Made by a program: the position numbers and the translations under genes. The notes under the pieces are model-generated. The model ran no database searches. It was not told the DNA's origin and saw only the letters and a list, made by a program, of their open reading frames with translations. Below, piece after piece: positions 57,790 to 64,000 of a DNA stretch of 64,000 nt. The DNA is from an uncultured Candidatus Saccharibacteria bacterium (lineage in GTDB: Bacteria; Patescibacteriota; Saccharimonadia; CAILAD01; GCA-016700035), in NCBI GenBank assembly GCA_964583675.1, contig CAZOVH010000001.1, forward strand, positions 17,754 through 81,753, given 5' to 3'. How positions within the stretch are numbered: the first letter of the stretch is position 1; every line of letters starts with the position of its first letter.

Positions 57790-58356
57790 CTAATCAATCA
57801 ACTCCAGTATCTCTGGAAATGTAGCCATGCCACGACTGCCTAAAAAATGCCCCTTATCGGCGAACATAATGAGCTTGGCGTCCAGCTTATGAGCCAGGCG
57901 TCGCGTACGGTCGGGAGTAACAATTGCGTCATCAGAAGATCCAATACATATAAATTCGGTGCTAAGAGTACGGATACTCTGCCAATTTGGCTCGGGTTCA
58001 AAAAACTTACTCGCCGAATCATTAGGCGCATCATAAAAACCACTCACCAGCAACACTCTCCTGATAGATTCTTTAACTTGACCGCCCTCTAGCAAGCGAA
58101 GAGCTAAGAAGCATCCGAGCGAGTGAGCTATGATAATATCGTTGCCACCTAACCCCTCGGCCGCGCTTGCAACTTGCTCACTCCAGCGCTGCATAAGTGG
58201 CCTCACATCAGTCTTCATATGTGGAGCACGCACTTCGTAACCTTCGGCTTGGAGGTGGTTGGCCAACCATCCAAGCCACCCTTCACTTGAGTCGTCATTC
58301 CAGCCATGAATTATGAGTGCTCTGGCGGGTTTTGTAGAGACAGTTTCTATCGCCAC
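57790..58356 (-). CDS. RBBP9/YdeN-family alpha/beta hydrolase
   Basis: IIHGW, AHSLG nucleophile elbow, S.DD..V and GHF motifs. Confidence 0.88.
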   Translation of the reverse strand: MAIETVSTKPARALIIHGWNDDSSEGWLGWLANHLQAEGYEVRAPHMKTDVRPLMQRWSEQVASAAEGLGGNDIIIAHSLGCFLALRLLEGGQVKESIRRVLLVSGFYDAPNDSASKFFEPEPNWQSIRTLSTEFICIGSSDDAIVTPDRTRRLAHKLDAKLIMFADKGHFLGSRGMATFPEILELID

Positions 58357-59000
58357 TTCCAGGTTTTTACTACGCCAGCCATAACCTCAGACTGTTCCTT
58401 GGTGTCGTTCGGCGTAGAAATTAGAATACCCTCAATTGCTGCACCGGCACTATCAAGTTGATCGGTAGAATTTGTTTTTGCAAAAACCAGAATTTTCTTC
58501 TGATTCTGTTGAGTCGTCGTTAAACGAACTGCGTCTTGTCCATCAAGCTTGAAAGCTTCTTCAGAATCTATGGTCGTAGCACTCGCCTGCAACTGCTTCT
58601 TATACACCTCTAGGCTCTTGTCAAAACTTACCGCTCCACCTTCGTCAGGATACATCTTGGTTGGTGCAGCTATCAAAAGGTTTGCCTCACCGCTGCCGTA
58701 GCCTAAGTCTACTGCACAATATTGATTAACTCCCAAACTCACACTACGGGGCACTTCAAATGCGTAGCAATCCGTCTCAATTTTGCCAGTACCGCGCTGC
58801 TCGTTACCTTGCAGCTCACCTTGACCCACAACGTCTGCAGCTTCAGTATTTGTCCCTGCTTTTTTCTTATCGTCTGCAGTTTTCTTCGTAATTAACGTGA
58901 AAGTAATCAACCCGACCAAAGCTACAGCAGCAATGCCCAGGCCCAATGCCAAAAGGCGATATTTATGCTCATGATTTTGTGGCTGCATTATATTACTCAT
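58347..59000 (-). CDS. Single-pass membrane protein, paralog 3 of a TxCY...NxxC...WxW family (PsbP/Mog1-like fold suspected)
   Basis: ETDCYAFEVP, NQYC, LDGQDAVRL and terminal TWKWR. Confidence 0.7.
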   Translation of the reverse strand: MSNIMQPQNHEHKYRLLALGLGIAAVALVGLITFTLITKKTADDKKKAGTNTEAADVVGQGELQGNEQRGTGKIETDCYAFEVPRSVSLGVNQYCAVDLGYGSGEANLLIAAPTKMYPDEGGAVSFDKSLEVYKKQLQASATTIDSEEAFKLDGQDAVRLTTTQQNQKKILVFAKTNSTDQLDSAGAAIEGILISTPNDTKEQSEVMAGVVKTWKWR

Positions 59001-59014
59001 GCTTCACTCCTAGC

Positions 59015-60160
59015 TCATTTCCATGACCAAGTAGAAAGAAACTGGTCAAACCCCTTACGGCTATAATCATCATTATACGCACCAGTCACAATAAAGGCGA
59101 CGAAATTCTTTTCACCAAACGTTCTATCACCTTCCGGCAGGATGATAAACACGTACGCAACATCAACACCAGAGGCAGCGTCTTTCTTGCCAACCACTTT
59201 TACAGCATCTAGTCCGCCGACCTTTATATCCTCCCGTGTGGTGACTAAATCTTTAGGAATAATGTCAGCTATCAAAGCTTCTAGATACTTTTGAGTATCT
59301 ATAGAATTCGAGCTATTTTGCGTATTTGTACCCGCATTTTCTTCTGTAGCTATATCGAATTGACCTAGTGCAGAAACGAATATTGAAGAAATTTTTTGTT
59401 CACCATATGTAATTGATAATGCACAGTCCTTATTCTGCTGTGTGTCCACCGGCGTGAGCGATTGCGCAACATAGCAGTCGGTAGCGACCTTCTCACTAAA
59501 GGGCTGCGTTGGCTTTTCTGTTTTATCACGCACCGAGCCAGCACTCGTAGAAGGAGTAGCTGTGGGGGTCGAATCTTTTCGTGAAGCAATGTATGCATAT
59601 CCCCCAATTGCTGCCAGCAAAACAACAACAAGGCCAACTGCTAAACCTACAATGAGACCAATTGGCTTGCGCTTTGCAGTGTTGGCAACAGGTAATGTCG
59701 AAGATGCAGCTGGAGCCGGTGCAATATTTTCTGGGGCACCACCAAATGGCATAGCCTGAGATGTCGACTGCAGACCGCCGGCATGCATGTCGTCACTGCG
59801 TGGCACAGGAGCAAGTCGAACAGGTGCGGGCTTAATCGGCGAGTTACTCAATTCACTCACAGTTGGCTGCGCGGTAGCCACTGGCAATACCGGCTCACTT
59901 TGTGGCTCGGCGAGAGGACTAGGTGTTGGTGCTAGTGGCGCTGGCTGATTAGTTACGTCAGGTGCGGGCATAGGGTTTGGCAGTGTAGCTTCGGGCGCCG
60001 TCGGAGGGATTGGTGGCAGCTGAGAGGTGCCCCCCTCATAGCCCTGAGCTAACGGATTACGAAACACGGGTACGTCATCAGCAGATGGTTGAAGGGGCGT
60101 TGAACCTGGTGGCTCTGGCGCGGGCATTGGCTGGGGTGCGTTGGGGTCGTTTGGATTCAT
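59015..60160 (-). CDS. Single-pass membrane protein with long Pro-rich cytoplasmic N-terminus, paralog 2 of the same family
   Basis: About 160-aa Pro-rich region, TM, ATDCY, NKDC, VGGLDAVKV and terminal TWSWK. Confidence 0.7.
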   Translation of the reverse strand: MNPNDPNAPQPMPAPEPPGSTPLQPSADDVPVFRNPLAQGYEGGTSQLPPIPPTAPEATLPNPMPAPDVTNQPAPLAPTPSPLAEPQSEPVLPVATAQPTVSELSNSPIKPAPVRLAPVPRSDDMHAGGLQSTSQAMPFGGAPENIAPAPAASSTLPVANTAKRKPIGLIVGLAVGLVVVLLAAIGGYAYIASRKDSTPTATPSTSAGSVRDKTEKPTQPFSEKVATDCYVAQSLTPVDTQQNKDCALSITYGEQKISSIFVSALGQFDIATEENAGTNTQNSSNSIDTQKYLEALIADIIPKDLVTTREDIKVGGLDAVKVVGKKDAASGVDVAYVFIILPEGDRTFGEKNFVAFIVTGAYNDDYSRKGFDQFLSTWSWK

Positions 60161-60216
60161 AAAAATAGCTACTTGTTATCTTAAAGTATAGCATGAGCTC
60201 TTTCGTGCAAGAACAG

Positions 60217-60822
60217 CTAAAATCGCCACTGCCAATCTTGTAGAACTTCGACTGCAAACACACGGTCAGGCTCTGTTGTTGCCCAAGCACGCAGCTCGAA
60301 AGCAGTAATTGGCTCCTGCCCATCAACGCGAATGGAATCTTCCAAAAATACAAGGTACGAAACAAAGCTCTCATTGTTTTGAGGATAGAATTCTTCCAAA
60401 CGCCAGCCGGTTCGTCCACCCACTATCACGCGATCGCGAGATTTTTCTACAGCACCAAGGGTCAACCACCGCTGACGCCAGTTTTCAATCATGGCTTCTT
60501 CACTCTGGGCACCATAGTATGGCGACACCTGAAAATATGTATATTTACGAGGGCGAGCGTAAGCTCCCGTGAGACAATCGGGATTACTCGTAATCTCAAA
60601 GTCTGCAGGTATATAAAACTCATAGCAACGAGTCTCCACCCTAGTCTGATCCGGCTTTTCTTCCAAGACCAAAGGTTTTGGCCTAAATTGTTGACCATCC
60701 TGTCGGCTAACCCAAAGCCGCCAACCGAATATACCTAAAAAGAACCCCATCACTACGAGCAGTCCAAAAAATATAGCCCGAGAAAATAATTCTTCCCGGC
60801 GGTGACGAGCAATTTTAGTCAC
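60217..60822 (-). CDS. Single-pass membrane protein, paralog 1 of the same family
   Basis: ETRCYEFYIP, NPDC, VGGRTGWRL and terminal DWQWRF. Confidence 0.7.
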   Translation of the reverse strand: MTKIARHRREELFSRAIFFGLLVVMGFFLGIFGWRLWVSRQDGQQFRPKPLVLEEKPDQTRVETRCYEFYIPADFEITSNPDCLTGAYARPRKYTYFQVSPYYGAQSEEAMIENWRQRWLTLGAVEKSRDRVIVGGRTGWRLEEFYPQNNESFVSYLVFLEDSIRVDGQEPITAFELRAWATTEPDRVFAVEVLQDWQWRF

Positions 60823-61721
60823 GACGCGTCAGAGCGCAAATAGTCCTGATAACTATTCCACTCTCCCCCCAGCAATTTCATGGTGAGCTCTTGTGCCAAC
60901 CTTACAGTCTTACCTTCAACATCTCTAGTTGGATTCACCTCCACCATATCTACAGCTACCGGGTTAAGGGAGCCCAATTTACGGGCAATGTATTCAGCTT
61001 CGCGATACGTCAGCCCGCCAGCGTTTTGTATTCCTGTGCCGGGTGCAAACTGGGCGTCAATCGCATCTATGTCATAGCTTACGTGCACTGGCCGATCACC
61101 TGCCCACGTGGCGACTTGCTGCATTACTGCACCAATGCCTTGCTCAAGAATCCCATCCATCGAAGCATGGGCAATTTTTTGTTCCGCCAGCCAGTGCGCT
61201 TCTTCAATATCAATATCTTTAATGCCCACCAAAAAGATTTCAGACGGTGCGTAATAAGGCCCGGGGAATAATTTTGTAAGCGTGTCGCCAGCCGCGATCC
61301 TAAGGGGCAAACCATGAATATTGCGCGTCTCAGAAGATTCCAATGTGTGTGCATCAGGATGCGCATCTACATACACGCAAACCGCATCCGGATAACGCTG
61401 CTTGGTGGCCAAGAGACTTACCGCACCGATGGAATGATCACCGCCAAGCACCAAAGTTTTTTCGTCGTAAGATGTGTTTCCAGCAAGCTGCCGATACAAT
61501 TCCTGTAACCATGGCAAGAGGGTTGTAGCATTCCTCAAGCCAAGTTCTTCATAATTTTTATCTTCACCAACAGCTGAAACTTCTGAGATTTTTAACGCCC
61601 AATCATCCCCCACCAGGGCGTCACGCAACCCCGACTCCAAAAGTACCTCGGGTGCAGTCTCGCAACCATGGTTCACACTACCTTCGGACGTACCGGCGCA
61701 TACAACGTGCAATTTCTTCAT
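60819..61721 (-). CDS. Arginase family (ureohydrolase)
   Basis: GGDHS, DAHPD, HG.P, S.D.DA.D...APGTG...GGLT.RE and VEVNP motifs. Confidence 0.9.
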   Translation of the reverse strand: MKKLHVVCAGTSEGSVNHGCETAPEVLLESGLRDALVGDDWALKISEVSAVGEDKNYEELGLRNATTLLPWLQELYRQLAGNTSYDEKTLVLGGDHSIGAVSLLATKQRYPDAVCVYVDAHPDAHTLESSETRNIHGLPLRIAAGDTLTKLFPGPYYAPSEIFLVGIKDIDIEEAHWLAEQKIAHASMDGILEQGIGAVMQQVATWAGDRPVHVSYDIDAIDAQFAPGTGIQNAGGLTYREAEYIARKLGSLNPVAVDMVEVNPTRDVEGKTVRLAQELTMKLLGGEWNSYQDYLRSDAS

Positions 61722-61796
61722 CGCTCTTCATTATCAACCATAGCGACAGTCATGAGAAGCCTGGCCCAACCACAAAAAACGTTTACAATAGAGACT

Positions 61797-63101
61797 ATGC
61801 TACATCGCTTGAAGAAACTCGTACCAAAAAGTGCCGTAAATGGTTTCCATTATTTTGAAGCCTTGGCAGCCGGCTTCGCATATCGCCATCCAAGTCGCCA
61901 CATGGTTATAATCGGCGTGGTTGGCTCTAAGGGTAAAACCACTCTAGCCAACTTGCTCTGGGCAGCCCTATCCGGCGACGGATCAAAAGTAGGGCTTATC
62001 GGCACTGCTAATATTCGGATTGGTCACGAAGAACGCCTCAATCCTTACCATATGACAATGCCTGGGCGTCATCGAATGCAAAAAGTTCTTGCCGAAATGC
62101 GCCAAGCTGGCTGTCACTATGCGGTTATGGAAGTGCCCTCGGAAGGTCAGGCACAATGGCGTCATGTCGGTATTTACTTTGATATGCTAATTTTTACCAA
62201 CGTCACGCGTGAGCTGATGGCGAGCCACAACTACTCGCTCGACATTCTACACGAGCATAATAAGCGCGTGTTCGCCAGTCTCTCACAGAAACCCAAAACC
62301 GTTCAGGGCCGCTTGCAACCAAAAATCCTGATCGCCAACTCTGACGCTGAGCATTTTACACAATATTTTGAACACATCGCCGACATCAAGCGCAGCTATT
62401 CGGTGACTAAAAAAAGCGACTATCGAGCCACGCGTATAGAAACCTCTCCACGAGGAGCCGAGTTTGTCATAAATAAACATTCATACCACATCCCAATACC
62501 GGGTGCGATCAACGTCAGCAATGCTGCTGGTGCCATTGCCGCCGCCCTCGAGCTAGGTAAGTCTCCGCAGGTGATTGCGCGCGGCTTAAGTGAGTTAAGT
62601 GTCATTCCGGGTCGTATGGAGCGCATCGAAGCTGGTCAGAAATTCCATGTCATAGTCGACTACGCACATGAAGAAACTGGTATGCAAGCCCTGATGGATA
62701 GCGCTCAAGATATGGTGCAAAAAGGCAGTAAAATCATAACTTTACTGGGGGCCGAAGGTGGTGGGCGCGACGAGCTCAAGCGACCAATTATGGGTGAAAT
62801 TGCCATGCGCGGCAGTGACTACGTAGTCCTCTCAAATGTCGATCCTTATCGTGACGACCCCGAAAAGATCATTGACGATATTGCTACTGGAGTCGAAGAG
62901 GCTAGCGGTAAGCTCAATGAAACATACTGGCGAATTACCGATCGACGAGCCGGAATCGCAAAAGCCCTATCTCTCGCAACCGACAATGATCTGGTGTTAA
63001 TCACCGGTAAAGGTGCCGAGCAATCAATCGTTATTGGAGGTAAAAAAACAGCTTGGGACGACCGTCAAGTAGTACGCGAGGAACTAAAAAAACTGCGCTA
63101 A
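61797..63101 (+). CDS. murE: UDP-N-acetylmuramyl-tripeptide synthetase (MurE-like, lacking the N-terminal domain)
   Basis: GS.GKTT, MEV.S, IPGRME, VDYAH, GGGRD..KRP.MG and LI.GKG.E motifs. Start set at ATG 61797, after a TACAAT box. Confidence 0.88.
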   Translation: MLHRLKKLVPKSAVNGFHYFEALAAGFAYRHPSRHMVIIGVVGSKGKTTLANLLWAALSGDGSKVGLIGTANIRIGHEERLNPYHMTMPGRHRMQKVLAEMRQAGCHYAVMEVPSEGQAQWRHVGIYFDMLIFTNVTRELMASHNYSLDILHEHNKRVFASLSQKPKTVQGRLQPKILIANSDAEHFTQYFEHIADIKRSYSVTKKSDYRATRIETSPRGAEFVINKHSYHIPIPGAINVSNAAGAIAAALELGKSPQVIARGLSELSVIPGRMERIEAGQKFHVIVDYAHEETGMQALMDSAQDMVQKGSKIITLLGAEGGGRDELKRPIMGEIAMRGSDYVVLSNVDPYRDDPEKIIDDIATGVEEASGKLNETYWRITDRRAGIAKALSLATDNDLVLITGKGAEQSIVIGGKKTAWDDRQVVREELKKLR

Positions 63102-63529
63102 AGTGTGTGGCTAGAGCTATTTAAAAAGCCAACAATAATTGCCGTCCACCACATAAGTTGTGAGATGGAGATCAGTACTATGCTACGCACTTGCAAGGCA
63201 CGTGGCAGCTCAAAGAACTTACTCTGCGGGGCCGCCTCCGTGGCCCTATGAAGACGATCAAGTAGTACTCCGTTGATTATTAAAATGACCACCGCCACCA
63301 ATTTCATTCGTGTGCGCGTTGAGATTTCATCTGGAAGCAAGATGGAGCCACTCACAACGAGCAAAACTACACTCACCCAAATCAGCTTCTGGGCAACATT
63401 ACTCACATTCAATACCAGCTTTTTATCAGTTTTACCGATAACCCACAGCGCACCAATCGTATCGACAAGCATCACCGCGCCAAAACCAACTGCAAAGGCA
63501 ATCAGGTGAACGAATAGCGCCAATTTCAT
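63098..63529 (-). CDS. Four-TM membrane protein of unknown function
   Basis: Four hydrophobic helices; HL...AVGFG and K...V.IL..NG pattern. Confidence 0.7.
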   Translation of the reverse strand: MKLALFVHLIAFAVGFGAVMLVDTIGALWVIGKTDKKLVLNVSNVAQKLIWVSVVLLVVSGSILLPDEISTRTRMKLVAVVILIINGVLLDRLHRATEAAPQSKFFELPRALQVRSIVLISISQLMWWTAIIVGFLNSSSHTL

Positions 63530-63786
63530 TGTGGACTTAATTCTCTACTTGGCTTATCGCTTTTAATATGGGCAATCACCGTCAGTGCACCGAGCATAAA
63601 GCTACACCACAAAATTGAGAGCGCCATCGCAGCCCAGATATTTTCAAAAATTAGATTGAGCCAAGAAATAACACCTGTTACCACTAGAAGCCATACAAAT
63701 ACCACAAGCCAACCCTGCCAGCTATTCGGCAGCCAGCCAGAACCTTTCTGACGTGCTTTAAACCAATTCTTTCGTTCGTTTTTCAT
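63526..63786 (-). CDS. Small two-TM membrane protein
   Basis: WFK....G.GW.P.SWQGW motif followed by two TM helices; coupled to its neighbours by overlap. Confidence 0.7.
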   Translation of the reverse strand: MKNERKNWFKARQKGSGWLPNSWQGWLVVFVWLLVVTGVISWLNLIFENIWAAMALSILWCSFMLGALTVIAHIKSDKPSRELSPQ

Positions 63787-64000
63787 ACTTTCCTCATTGT
63801 AAACCTATCACCCTGCGCTTCCAAGAAGCCTTCATGTGCAAGCTCATCACAAACCCGTTCTACATCACTTTCTTCAAAGCCAATAATTTTGTCGCCCAAT
63901 CTTAGGTATCCCGTTTCGAGCACCCGCTCTAAAATCAGTCCCCTCAGCTGGCGATTCGAGCCCTCAAACTTAGATTGCCTCGTATAATGTTTGCTACGTC
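63783..64000 (-). CDS. C-terminal end of a short MutY-like A/G-specific adenine glycosylase (enters from outside the window)
   Basis: Manual translation RSKHYTRQSKFEGSNRQLRGLILE...LAHEGFL...RKV*; the QS.FEGS.RQ.RG motif is typical of short MutY/HhH-GPD C-termini. Confidence 0.65.
   Translation of the reverse strand, partial: RSKHYTRQSKFEGSNRQLRGLILERVLETGYLRLGDKIIGFEESDVERVCDELAHEGFLEAQGDRFTMRKV

Noticed and set aside
1-64000. CRISPR arrays, tRNA/rRNA genes, transposases
   Set aside because: No regularly spaced repeats, cloverleaf or rRNA signatures, or transposase motifs were seen.
1-64000. Alternative genetic code (UGA=Gly, as in Gracilibacteria/Absconditabacteria)
   Set aside because: Conserved genes are full length in code 11, and several end naturally at TGA (for example dedA, ftsK, truB, mutM).

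Overview
A gene-dense bacterial window, mostly on the minus strand, using genetic code 11 (TGA is stop). It most likely comes from a Patescibacteria/CPR organism, probably Saccharimonadia-like. That placement is an inference from the pilin signature, the monoderm-type pilus locus without a secretin, the MurE lacking its N-terminal domain and the compact housekeeping content. 1-5 kb holds ndk (partial), an M16 peptidase, DedA, an O-antigen-ligase/TPR protein and a Xer recombinase. 5-17 kb is a complete type IV pilus locus: pilM/N/O, a small membrane protein, pilB, pilT, pilC, the major pilin, pilD and four minor pilins. 17-27.6 kb is the best candidate for an undescribed system: a duplicated module of a membrane-anchored PrsA/SurA-like foldase plus a giant secreted adhesin-like protein. 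It occurs once as two genes (347 aa + 1764 aa) and once as a single 1333-aa fusion, and both copies share a promoter-proximal TAAGCGTT motif with the major pilin gene. 27.7-64 kb is mostly housekeeping (ychF, efp, rpsF-ssb-rpsR, recA/recX, yajQ, rodZ-like, ftsK, cmk, rnj, udg, pnp, rpsO, truB, rpsT, holA, mutM, polA, rpoD, dnaG, arginase, murE, mutY fragment). Accessory features there include a polysaccharide cassette with an apparently dead sortase, three tandem Cys/WxW paralogs, a 120-nt rod-like palindrome, unannotated small ORFs, structured leaders and many leaderless-type promoters. All calls come from reading motifs by eye; no database searches were run.
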